DNA of 59,901 bases, filler included, from Sphacelaria rigidula (Eukaryota): NCBI GenBank assembly GCA_964200075.2. It is 4 parts of 4 records of this genome, joined end to end, with 100 filler letters (N's around TTAATTAATTAA, not from the genome) between each part and the next. Parts side by side here need not be neighbours in the genome. Positions count along the whole stretch, not along the records: positions 45,007 to 59,901 come from CAXNAA020001999.1; 3 more parts are not named here. One strand, written 5' to 3'. Of the stretch, positions 48,712 to 58,875 are shown piece after piece. The stretch's first letter is position 1, and each line of letters begins with the position of its first letter. A program made the position numbers and the translations under genes. The notes below the pieces were generated by a model. That model saw nothing but the letters and a program-made list of their open reading frames with translations. It did not search any database and was not told the origin of the DNA.

Positions 48712-51700
48712 ATGAATATATCAGGAGAGCCATCTGTAACTCAACTCATCAAGAGTATCAACAAGTTCGACGGTACGAAATTCGTCGAGTGGACGCGCTC
48801 TACGCGCGCGATAATTTCCTTGACTCATCCGGGGATATCGGATATCCTCAATGGGGTTGAACGCCCCCGTGAAATTTATGAAGAAGATTTTTCTGAAGTG
48901 GATCACCCAGGGCCAGCTGTTCGACCCACTACTAGAACGAGCCCCGTTGCAACCCGTTCTAGAACCTATCAGCAGCCGCCCGCTCGCTCTCCGCTATCAT
49001 CGGTGGAGGCAACCGCGGGGAGCGACACGGAAGCAGCGGCGGGCGATGCAGAAACTGTTGGTGGTCAAGCTCAAGCTCCTGTTCAAGAGGTGTCTGATCA
49101 TCCCAGCGTTGACTCAAATGTGAGACTGCCTTTGAACACGCGTGAGATTAAAAAAAGGGACCGGTATAATGAACAGTTGTTCAACGTTTTGTACCTGTCA
49201 ACAACTGGCTCTGCAGCCAGTTACCTCTTGCGCTTTCAACCGAAAGGTTCAGAGAAACCTAACGGCAAAAATGCGTGGGACGGTCTTGTTGCAAAGTACC
49301 AGAATTCATCCAAGCAGAGACGGCGGTTACTGATGCGACAGCTCGACAATATGACCATGTCACCGGGACAAGATCCGGACGTTTTTTTGGCAAAACTGTT
49401 CCAGCTACGAGATGAGCTCGTACATATTGGCGAGCCCATCTCCGATGATCGACTGACTGATATCATAGTCGAGGGTCTAACCAGCGAGTATGACCAAGTT
49501 AAATATAATGTAGAACGAGATCCAGACTTGAGCATCGGAGACATTGAGACTACCCTACGCAACATGTATGCCAATAGACTGGCGAGGAAAGTAACCGCGA
49601 GCAGATCACATGGCCGTGATTCTTCAATACTAGCGGCTACAATGACGAACTCCTCGAATCAACCCGCGAAATTTCGCGGAACTTGCTTCTCTTGTGGTAA
49701 AAGGGGCCACCACGCCCGTGACTGCCGCTCTAATGGTCAGTCAAACCGCCAGAACAGGTCTGTCAAATGGTGCAGTTTTCACCATACTGACAAACGCGAT
49801 GATTCGGAATGTAGGAACCAACTGAACAGCAGGAACCCGAACACAAACACCGCCACCAACATCAACAGCAATCATCACCGTCGCAGCAACCCCCGTCGCG
49901 GAAACAACAACAACAGCAGGAACAACAGCAACAACAGCAACCGCAACAACTTCAAGGGACATCAACGTCAAGCCAACACTGCCATCGCCGATCCAGCTTC
50001 CGCGACGGTCCCTTCGAATGACCAAGGCCAGCATACTGCGACACCTTCGGCCGAAACTGTGCTTGACTCATGTCAACCACCAAACGGCGTGGGATTTTCC
50101 TTTTTTTCACGTTCTCATGCCAATAACAACCACTGTGCAGAAGGCCAAATTTCTTTTAAGATGGCAGTTGACAGTGGATCCAGCGGACATTTTTTGGATA
50201 ACCAGTTATTGCCAAATATCGAAAGTGAAATGGTCAACTACGTGAAGCTCGATCCCCCCATGAGTATCCTTACTGCTGGACGTCATCTATTATATGGTAC
50301 GGGACGAGGTGTCCTCACCACTGTTGTGACCGACTCCCAGGGAATCGAGCGTACTGTTCGGCTCCCTGCAGTAATTGTTCCGGGTCTGGGGAAACATTTG
50401 TTCTCGCCTATTGAAGCTCAAACGAAAGGCATATCGACAATTTTTTCCAGGAATTCTCACGTAGATCTTGGAACCTTCAAAGTGCCTATCAACAGTGACC
50501 TCAGCGGAACACTTCTGTACATTCACTTGAAGCTGTCTCAGAAACCAGGGATCAACAACTCCAGCTCAGCACTGACGGCCACAACCATGTCAGGGGAACT
50601 TATGGGCATCGGCACTGTTCATGTAGCAGAAACGGTTCAAGACATGGCCGACGTTTCAACAGCCCTATCTACTACGGCGGGAGCGGACGTATGGCACAGG
50701 CGACTTGGACATCCTACGGAACAGGCCATGCGACGTCTCCAGAATATCCCCGAAACAGGTGTGAGGTTTGAAGGATCATTATCGCCCTGCGAAACCTGCA
50801 AAATAAATAAGAGCGTACAACAGGATCATCCCAAAACCGTAGATTCCACTAATGTTTCGGAACGGTTACAACTGGTCAGCACCGACCTGTCAGGGCCCAT
50901 TACACCTGCTGCAATGGGAGGCTACAGGTACATGGCGAAATTTACGGATTTTCACACGCGATTCAAAGTGGTGTACTTCATTAAGACAAAGGATGAAACT
51001 CTCACTACGCTCTGCCGGTTCATCCAAGATCTGGCTATTCCTTTAGGGCTCCGCGTACATCGCCTACGGTCTGACCGTGGGGGTGAATACATTGCAGACT
51101 ACTTTCGAAGATACTGCAAAACAACGGGCATTCGTCAGGAGTTTAGTTCGCCCTACACCCCTCAACAGAATGGCATTTCCGAGCGAGACGGAAGAACCAT
51201 CCTCAATATTACGCGCTGCCTCCTGAATGAAGCGAACCTGCCAAAGATTCTTTGGGGAGAAATTGCCGGTACTGCTGTCTTCTTGATAAACCGCTTGCCA
51301 CACAGTAGCATCGGAGGAGACACCCCTTATCTTCGGATGTTTCTCAAACAACCGAAACTGTCGTTTTTGAGAACCATTGGCTCAAGAGCGTTCGTGCACA
51401 AGGAGCGCCATCAAAGTAAATTAGAGGAGAAAGCTTGGGAAGGAGTATTAATAGGATATGATTCTGATAGTCCAACTTACCGTGTTTACGACCGCTACTC
51501 CGGGAGAATATTGAGCTCCCGTAACGTCACCTTCATAGAACAAGTAGTTGGAGCCCCTCATAGTGAAGAAGATATTTCTACACCGGACGTCCTAGGGTTC
51601 GATGATTTCGAAGAAGATCATCAACAACACGCTGAAACCAACAACTTCAATCTCAACATCTACGATGGAATCGCCCAGCTCGAAGATAACATCACCATCA

Positions 51701-53493
51701 ACACTTCACCAACCAAAGGTCAGCCAACCACTCCCATGAATTTACGTTCGTCTGGCGGTGCTGAACACTCCATGTCTGCACCACCTAATCCACGCCAAGT
51801 CAGAGAACTAAGGCGTCTAGCTCTCACATCCACAGAGCTCTTGCACACCACTATGACACTCGAAACAGTATGCCAGTACATTGGAACTGTTGGCATCGAA
51901 CACGTCGTACCTCCTGCGTCCATATCGGTCCCCGCTAACTATCGCCAAGCATCTTGTTCGCCTTATGCAAAAAAGTGGAGGGAAGCAATGCTAGACGAAC
52001 TACGAAGCATCAAAGATCATCAGGTGGCCGACATCATCCCTGCTGAAGCCGTACCTCCTAACAACAACATCACAGGCACAAGATGGGTGTTCAAGGTAAA
52101 AGCTGACGGACGCTTTAAAGCTCGACTTGTTGTCCAAGGGTGGGCTCAGAGGCATGGGCTCGACTGCGGAAGTACGTTCGCCCCTGTTTGCAGGCTTGAA
52201 AGCCAGCGATTGCTACTGGCAATTGCCACTGCAAAAAATTGGCCCATTTTAGCCCTGGACATCCAAACAGCATTTCTAAACGGGAAGCTTCAAGAAACTG
52301 TGTTTTGCAAACAAGCGCCCGGTTTCGAAATTCTTGACCCCACTACAGGAAAACCGCATGTGATGAAGCTCAAGCGAGCTATATATGGTCTCAGGCAGAG
52401 CCCAAACGTGTGGAACTCTACGATCGACACCAAATTGCGAACACTAGGGTTTAACCCAACAGTAAGCGACCCATGTGTTTACACCAAAGGTTCCCATGGT
52501 GGTTACATCATGCTGACGCTGTTTGTAGATGACATACTAATGACAGGCCCGTCTATCAACCTGCTACACCAAGTCCAAGACCTGCTCAAGACAAGTTTCT
52601 CCATCTCGGAGCTAGGACTGGTGTCTCTCATTCTCGGAATGGAGGTAATCAGAGACGAAGCACGAGGGTCTCTGAAGCTATCGCAGCACAAGTACGTGAA
52701 ATCCCTACTTCTAAAATTTGGGATGGAGTCATCAAACCCGGTTCACACACCCGGGATCCCAGGTCAACTGACCGAAGACACACCTGAAGACAATTTTTTG
52801 GAGCAGTCCGAGAAAACGAGGTACCAAGCCATGGTCGGGAGCCTCATATTTTTGGCGCAGAGCACCCGATTCGACATTGCATTTAGTGTCTCTCAAGTAG
52901 CACGCCATATGAGTAAGCCAAATATTCACCACTTGGCTGCTGTTAAGCGCGTGTTCCGCTACTTGAAAGGAAAACCTGACCTTCCCCTCATTTATTCAAC
53001 CTCCGACAAGAACTTGAATCTCATAGGCTATTGCGACGCGTCATATGGGACGAGTGGAATAGAGGGCAGGCTAAGGTCAACTACAGGCACAATGTTCTTC
53101 CTGGCGGGAGGACCTATTAATTTTTCCTCAAGCCTACAACGAATTACAGCCACTTCAACAACAGAGGCCGAGTTGATCGCATTATCGAAGTGCGGGAAAT
53201 TCGGGACGTATCTCTTCAACCTCGTGAAAGAGCTTGGATGGTCATCCATGGAACCAGCAACCATTTACTCGGATTCACAAGGAGCACTACCCCTTTCTTC
53301 GAACGCCAACTACAGTTCGAGCTCCAAACACCTGGCGATTAGGTTCTACAATCTAAAGGACATGATAAGGGCGGGACAATTGAAGATCAACCACGTACGC
53401 TCGGGACACCAACTCGCAGATATTTTGACGAAATTTTGTAGCAGGATCATCCATCAACGTCTACTAAAAGCAGTATTCGAATTTGGAAAATAA
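48712..53493 (+). CDS. Copia Gag-Pol polyprotein
   Basis: Uninterrupted ORF. Motifs are CFSCGKRGHHARDC (knuckle), VDSGSSGHF (protease), WHRRLGHP/CETC, TDLSGP..RSDRGGEY..PQQNGISER (integrase), FKARLVVQG..LDIQTAFLNG..FVDD (RT), and YCDASY..TTEAE..DSQGA..QLADILTK (RNase H). Integrase precedes RT. Confidence 0.98.
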   Translation: MNISGEPSVTQLIKSINKFDGTKFVEWTRSTRAIISLTHPGISDILNGVERPREIYEEDFSEVDHPGPAVRPTTRTSPVATRSRTYQQPPARSPLSSVEATAGSDTEAAAGDAETVGGQAQAPVQEVSDHPSVDSNVRLPLNTREIKKRDRYNEQLFNVLYLSTTGSAASYLLRFQPKGSEKPNGKNAWDGLVAKYQNSSKQRRRLLMRQLDNMTMSPGQDPDVFLAKLFQLRDELVHIGEPISDDRLTDIIVEGLTSEYDQVKYNVERDPDLSIGDIETTLRNMYANRLARKVTASRSHGRDSSILAATMTNSSNQPAKFRGTCFSCGKRGHHARDCRSNGQSNRQNRSVKWCSFHHTDKRDDSECRNQLNSRNPNTNTATNINSNHHRRSNPRRGNNNNSRNNSNNSNRNNFKGHQRQANTAIADPASATVPSNDQGQHTATPSAETVLDSCQPPNGVGFSFFSRSHANNNHCAEGQISFKMAVDSGSSGHFLDNQLLPNIESEMVNYVKLDPPMSILTAGRHLLYGTGRGVLTTVVTDSQGIERTVRLPAVIVPGLGKHLFSPIEAQTKGISTIFSRNSHVDLGTFKVPINSDLSGTLLYIHLKLSQKPGINNSSSALTATTMSGELMGIGTVHVAETVQDMADVSTALSTTAGADVWHRRLGHPTEQAMRRLQNIPETGVRFEGSLSPCETCKINKSVQQDHPKTVDSTNVSERLQLVSTDLSGPITPAAMGGYRYMAKFTDFHTRFKVVYFIKTKDETLTTLCRFIQDLAIPLGLRVHRLRSDRGGEYIADYFRRYCKTTGIRQEFSSPYTPQQNGISERDGRTILNITRCLLNEANLPKILWGEIAGTAVFLINRLPHSSIGGDTPYLRMFLKQPKLSFLRTIGSRAFVHKERHQSKLEEKAWEGVLIGYDSDSPTYRVYDRYSGRILSSRNVTFIEQVVGAPHSEEDISTPDVLGFDDFEEDHQQHAETNNFNLNIYDGIAQLEDNITINTSPTKGQPTTPMNLRSSGGAEHSMSAPPNPRQVRELRRLALTSTELLHTTMTLETVCQYIGTVGIEHVVPPASISVPANYRQASCSPYAKKWREAMLDELRSIKDHQVADIIPAEAVPPNNNITGTRWVFKVKADGRFKARLVVQGWAQRHGLDCGSTFAPVCRLESQRLLLAIATAKNWPILALDIQTAFLNGKLQETVFCKQAPGFEILDPTTGKPHVMKLKRAIYGLRQSPNVWNSTIDTKLRTLGFNPTVSDPCVYTKGSHGGYIMLTLFVDDILMTGPSINLLHQVQDLLKTSFSISELGLVSLILGMEVIRDEARGSLKLSQHKYVKSLLLKFGMESSNPVHTPGIPGQLTEDTPEDNFLEQSEKTRYQAMVGSLIFLAQSTRFDIAFSVSQVARHMSKPNIHHLAAVKRVFRYLKGKPDLPLIYSTSDKNLNLIGYCDASYGTSGIEGRLRSTTGTMFFLAGGPINFSSSLQRITATSTTEAELIALSKCGKFGTYLFNLVKELGWSSMEPATIYSDSQGALPLSSNANYSSSSKHLAIRFYNLKDMIRAGQLKINHVRSGHQLADILTKFCSRIIHQRLLKAVFEFGK

Positions 53494-53662
53494 CAGGTAT
53501 GATGGATGGATATCTATCGAGCAGATATCTTCCATCCGCAACAAACGTACGTCTGGGTCGAGGTAAAAATTGTTTCATGAGAGCACCACCACACCGTCTC
53601 ACAATTTTTCTTCACCCTCTACACCACAAATCAAACACCGTCATCCCTCTACCTCTTCAAAA

Positions 53663-54255
53663 ATGAGTGGCCGCAATTTCCACAACCGCAACTCCCACTC
53701 CGCTGGGAGAGGAAGAAGAGCTAACCGCGCCCCTCACAAAATTCCTCGCCCCAGTGCCGTCCACCGTGGTCAACCCAACCTACGAAGCAGACGCGCTATG
53801 ACCAGGAACGCTCAAGCTCGACTTGGCCTTCTACCTCAACAGCCACGCCAAGTCATCCAAGGGGTCGTCAATGTCTACATAGACTGGGGCTTCCGCGCGC
53901 ATTTGGTTTTAGACATCATGGTGCCGGGACAGCCCGTCACACAGCGCTCAAGGATGGCGGACGACCTGCGTACGTACGGGTTTATGGATTTTCATGTGTA
54001 CCCCACTATATTAGACTTCATGAGGAGTTTACCCAAGCTCATGTCCAGAAGGGTATTCTCTTTTTTTTGGACTACACGATCTTTAATTTCCTCATCAAGG
54101 CTTGGAATAAGGAGAGACCTCACGAGTTCGATTTTGCGTTGCTGAGTCGTATTCACGACGCATTAATTATGAGATTGCAGACTATAAGGTGTGTATCGCG
54201 AACTTTCAGGCCGAGTATATACTACAGGGACCCTGATGCAGTAACAGGAGTCTGA
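53663..54255 (+). CDS. Additional ORF2 of the Copia element, unknown protein with Arg-rich N-terminus; split by a -1 frame change at T8 (54061-54068)
   Basis: ATG at 53663 (MSGRNFHNRNSHSAGRGRRANRA...). ORFs 53570-54145 and 54067-54255 overlap exactly at the T-run, and the joined product is about 197 aa. Confidence 0.55.
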
Positions 54256-54833
54256 AACCCCCCCTTTTTTGTGTGTGTAGCTTACTTTACTTCGAGAATG
54301 GCGAGTAGGCAAGGAGTATCATATCATGACACAAAAAGTCATCCGTGTCAACACACGCATACAAAACTTCTTTTGATCTGTCTTTTGAGAGTACGGCGTA
54401 ACACATGAGCGACAGGAAACATGTAATGGTCCTGCATTTTCTTACTCTGTGTTACCTAGTAACTTGCGGGTCAATGTCTTTTCTCATGAACGAGACGGTG
54501 ATCTGTTCAATTGATATATAAGGTACATGTGTATGTGTCGAAGAGTCTCACAGACCCCTTCGAAAAAAAATGAAACTGGTTGCATATATTTTTGTTGCCG
54601 AAGGGAATTGCTTCAACAGGGGTACGAAATTTTGATGCCCATGCAAACTAGCAGTTACGCATACGTGCGCATGCGGGTCAACATTTGTTTCAGTTCAATC
54701 CAGCTCGTCGAGTTGGCAGTACAGTATGAACAAGATACGTAGTTGAATATTCCTTGTCTGACTGCATTGCTTGTTACTTTACGTAGTGCTTTGAGTACAC
54801 GACTTTCTGTGATAAGCAACCTGCCTCATTCAC

Positions 54834-54840
54834 GGGGAGG
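54834..54840 (+). promoter_or_regulatory. Polypurine tract
   Basis: GGGGAGG lies directly before the TGTTG that starts the 3' LTR. Confidence 0.8.
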
Positions 54841-55481
54841 TGTTGAGAATAATCTAGACCGTGCAGTCTATATGTATAGTGTTTTGAATGAGTCGCTGCA
54901 CGTACTCAGAATAGCGGCGCAACCCGTTGCGGTTCGATGAAACGTCGAACAGCGCAGTACAGTTACATTATAAGATATCTCTGAGAGTAGAGGTTTTGCC
55001 ATGATTTGTCGATACTGTAGCTAGGATCCAAATCACCGAAGTGGTAGCATATCCCCTGTGTGGATATTGCAGTTGATCTACGCTGACGACGCTACTGCGT
55101 CAGTGATGGAAAGGTTGAATCGAATGATACGGCTGTAAGTTACGTACGTATAGAGTGTTTCGATTCTTGTTCCAGGGTTGAGTATTTGCGACCTGGTGAT
55201 TTTCATCGCCCTCGCATTCACTCTCCTTCACCACCCCTCAGCCCTCTGCTTTAATAAGAGGCTGCGCGTTTCTGTTTGTCTTGGCCGCATAAGAGCCCCC
55301 AAAACACCATTTGTCTTTTCGTCTTCGGACTCTTTTTTACCGCTGCAGAAGCAAGCAGTCTCACGACTGCTGTGCACTCTCTGCTGACTACTGTCCTCGG
55401 ACGGTAGTCGTGTCTTCACGACACTGGTCGGTCTGTTTCGAGAACAGTACCACACGCCACGAGCCACACATATTTCCAACA
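54841..55481 (+). repeat. 3' LTR (641 bp)
   Basis: TGTTG...CAACA termini. It follows the PPT, and its 3' part matches the 5' LTR remnant. Confidence 0.92.
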
Positions 55482-55701
55482 TGCAATACCTGACTGAACG
55501 TAGACGTTGACCTGACTCGATTGCAGCTGCAGTCGCACTTGTGCTTTGGAGAAGGACATGAAATGCTACGGTATCGCAAATGCCTCCCGGAGTCGTGGTG
55601 AATATCATGAGACTCACGCTCGTTTTGGAACGCCTTTTCGTCCACCCACCGTCATGCGCCCACCTCATAGAAGCAACTGCGGAACGTAAATACATACACA
55701 G

Positions 55702-55991
55702 GTGAAGGATCCCTACACCACAAGTACCCAGGGCTGCCAGAAGCAGGGTGCGAGACCGTGCCTAGCTGAGGGTGGCCTTCGTATCCTGATAGATGGTGTC
55801 GAGTCCAATGCTCTGGAGGGCCCTGCCAGTGTCTCTTTGTTCGCCGACACTGATAGCGAGATGGACATAACTGCTTCGAACCTCCCCGCCGAGTGCCGTC
55901 CATTCGGCGGTGACCTGATCTGGGCGCGGAAGTTCGCTGAGATCACTTCGGCTGCAACCGCCGCTGACGTCCCCGGTCGCCGTAACCTCAG
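55702..55991 (+). CDS. Brown-algal VWD/root-cap-like domain protein, internal exon
   Basis: CAG|GTG acceptor, VKDPYTTSTQGC...PCLAEGGLRILIDG...ASNLPAECRPFGGDLIWA, and donor AG|GT in phase 2. It resembles an Ectocarpus multigene family (recalled, not searched). Confidence 0.65.
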
Positions 55992-56222
55992 GTGGCTTAC
56001 ATGGACTACAAGACTCCATTTGACATCGTTTTCCCCGTGTCTGGGTGTGATCAATGCACACATGTGGTGGCGACTCGTTGCTTGATTTTTTCCTGAGTCT
56101 GATCTACCCCCCCCCCCCCCTCCCCCTCCAATCTACCTCCCCCGCCCTGCTCCTCACCTCCCGTCCCTTGCCGCACTGTAATTTATCCCTCCTCAATTAT
56201 GGACAATATCGGCCTCACACAG

Positions 56223-56557
56223 GAGCACGACGGCGATGACCTTCCCTGAGTGGGTCATGTCCGGCCCGCCTGTCGCTGCGCCTGCCTGGTGCGCTCAATT
56301 CGTCAAGAAACACACGGCCGCTAGAGGCAACGCCGGCGCGTTATCTGTTAACCCCACCGGTTCTTTTGCATTGACTGAATCAAACCACGCAGTGTTCAGG
56401 ATCGAGACCCCCTCCCTCAAGATCCGTCTTAATGTAGGCACGAACTATCAGGGCGGAGAGATGTTGCCCGATGGCCGCGTCCTTCCCGAGCTCGAGTTTT
56501 GGCAGATGAACCTAGGCATCGAGCGGTTCGAGGGTGATAACGTCAACATGGGCGGTG
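56223..56557 (+). CDS. Same gene, next exon
   Basis: Phase-compatible CAG|G acceptor, STTAMTFPEWV...EFWQMNLG, and donor G|GTGAGT. Confidence 0.7.
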
Positions 56558-57065
56558 GTGAGTACTGTGTGGGTTTCCCATGTCTTGTGGTCTGGTTATG
56601 ATAGTATTGAGTCCCTGGAGGGGTATTCGGAAGTCGTGGGACACTTTCTACGATACCCCCCCAAAAAACAACCAAACAAAAAAAAGGTGCATGGTTTGGT
56701 GTGACTAAATCTACACGTAATTTGATATGGAAAAAGCCGAGCACAACTAGCAGCTGGGAATTTCCACGCTAGGGTTCGTTCTCGCCAACTTCGCCAATAT
56801 GGAGCGCTTCATGCAGCAGCCTGAACCCGAACATCAGGCGCTGAATGGCCATTGGTTTCGTGACACTTTTGGGTTGTTCTTTTCGGGAGGGGGGTCGCTA
56901 TCGTAGGAAGTGTCGTACTCGGACCTCGACGTTTAGCCGTTTCGCCGTTTGGCGGTGACCCCGAGGAAACAACGCCATCGGCGGAGCGTACAAGCATCCA
57001 TATACACAGTACGATTCCATGTCGGTGCTTCATGTGCTTGTCATGAATAATGTCCTTTCGTACAG

Positions 57066-57250
57066 GTGGCTATTTCTTCCGGAATATGATACAGAAGCAC
57101 CTTAGTGGCCTGCTCGGCGAGACGGCGCGCCCCGTGATCGGTACCGACGGTATGCCCGTGATGCATGGTGTCGGTGCCATGCGTGGAGAGGTGGAGAACT
57201 ACCGGGTCGACGGACCCCTTGGTACAGACTTCCACATGCTGCACATGTAG
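57066..57250 (+). CDS. Same gene, last exon
   Basis: Phase-compatible CAG|GT acceptor and LSGLLGETARPV...GAMRGEVENYRVDGPLGTDF before TAG. The GLLG...G..E.YRV..F ending is typical of VWD/root-cap-like C-termini. Confidence 0.7.
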
Positions 57251-57899
57251 ATATCAGCCGGCCACGATGGACGCGTCTCTCCCGTGTACCCCTGTTTTGT
57301 GATTTGATTGATTCCTGGGTCATAAAAATGTGCATGCCACGTAGGTGTAGTCCCGTATTGCACACGCACACAATGTAATTGTTGCCGACTCGTGGTGTGC
57401 TGAGCGCACGGACGGAGATACGCACTCAGCAATGAACTAAACGTGTTTTGAAGCGTTGAATCGCTTTGGTTTCATTTGTTTCTCTCGACCGATTCAAGCT
57501 TTTGCGGCCCGTGAAGTTTACATACGTGAGGAGTGTTCCTTCATGCCCGTAACCACGGCCCGTGCGTGGAAAAAGTCACGGGGAAAGTCAAGGAGAGTAG
57601 CCGCGCAGTACACCTTGGAGAGGGAGATGCCTGCTTCTCTCAGCGATTTGGCTTGTAACCCCTTCCGCTTTGCTAACTCGCTGGGGCAAGCGTGAAATAA
57701 GTAGATGGAATTCCACCCCTTGCGTACCTTTCGTGTCGATATAGTAACCCCGCGTGTTGTGTTTTGTATTGTCGGTTGTGTTTTCTGTGGTCTTCTGTGG
57801 TTTTCGTGGGGAAAGGACGTGTGTCTAATGTAAAACGTATGCTGGTTCACGTCTTGTACTACGAGCTGGTCCAGCCTAGAGGGGATGTTTAAGCTTGCA

Positions 57900-58113
57900 G
57901 GCTCCGCCTGCCCTCAATTTTGAGAGTTGAACGTTCAAACTTTGGGACGGAGAATGAAGAAGGCCCGACATGAAAAACTCTTGGGACTAGAATATCTCTT
58001 TTCCATGAATCGAGGGAAATAATCAGTCGGCTTCATGGTTTTGACAAAACTCCACATTCACTCTCTATACCAAATTTCAGAAGTTCCAACTCTAACTTGA
58101 GGGAAGGCGGAGC
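57900..58113. repeat. Imperfect inverted repeat within a MITE-like repeat
   Basis: GCTCCGCCTGCCCTCAA..AGAGTTG is mirrored by CAACTCT..TTGAGGGAAGGCGGAGC. Confidence 0.7.
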
Positions 58114-58337
58114 AATTTAGAAATGTCATTTTTCAGGCCACTTACCCGCCCAGGTTTGGCACTTGCACTTGGTTTGGTACTCTGTTTGGAATTTTGTGTC
58201 GAGTTCCTCTAGCGACTCTCCATACCAACTTTCAAGGGATAGCTCTCAGAATTCGAGACGTAAAATCACGATTGTAAGCTTTCAGTGCCTCTGCTCATAA
58301 TATTTTGACTGGTTCTGGTATGTAATCATACGTGCGC

Positions 58338-58875
58338 TGTTCGAAATATTGTATGACTCGTGGCGTTTGGTACTGTCCTCGAAACAGACCAACTACTGTC
58401 CTGAAGACAGTAGTGTGGCAGAGGGTGCACAGTTGTTGTCAGACCACTTGCTTCTGCAGCTCAGTAAAACCAGTGAGACAAAATGGTTGATGGGCTCTTC
58501 ATCTGGCCAAGAAAAACAGAGCACATAGCCTCTTCTTAAAGCAGAGAGCAGAAGGTAGTGGAGGAGGGTCATAGAAAAGGACGATAGAAACCATCGATTA
58601 CAAGTATGCTCAATCCTGGAACAATATAATTCAATTCAACCTCTCTTCTTACTGACGCGGTAGGGTAGCCTTGCCAGCTTCGATCAACTGCAACCTTCCA
58701 CCCAAGATATCCTACAACTTACGTGGTCTAGATACTCGCTAGGGTATTGACAAATCATGGCAAAACGCTTACTCTAGCAATATTGTACTCGAGGCTTCAT
58801 CCACACAGAGGTACTGTTCGTGTAAAGATGCAATGAACCTGTACTACACTGTTCGACGGCTCGTTGAACCGCAAC
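58338..58875 (-). mobile_element. Diverged solo or partial LTR related to the Copia LTR
   Basis: TGTTCGAAATAT..CTCGTGGCGT.TGGTACTGT.CTCGAAACAGACC..CTTGCTTCTGCAGC..ACAAATCATGGCAAAAC..CTGTTCGACG..GAACCGCAAC is collinear with the reverse complement of about 54920-55481. Confidence 0.85.

Larger units (their letters stand above)
48229..55481 (+). mobile_element. Ty1/Copia LTR retrotransposon, near full length
   Basis: Partial 5' LTR, PBS, single gag-PR-INT-RT-RH ORF, extra 3' ORF, PPT and complete 3' LTR. Confidence 0.97.

Noticed and set aside
52520-52535. FVDD instead of YVDD in RT as an inactivating or novel change
   Set aside because: The substitution is conservative and both catalytic Asp residues are intact.
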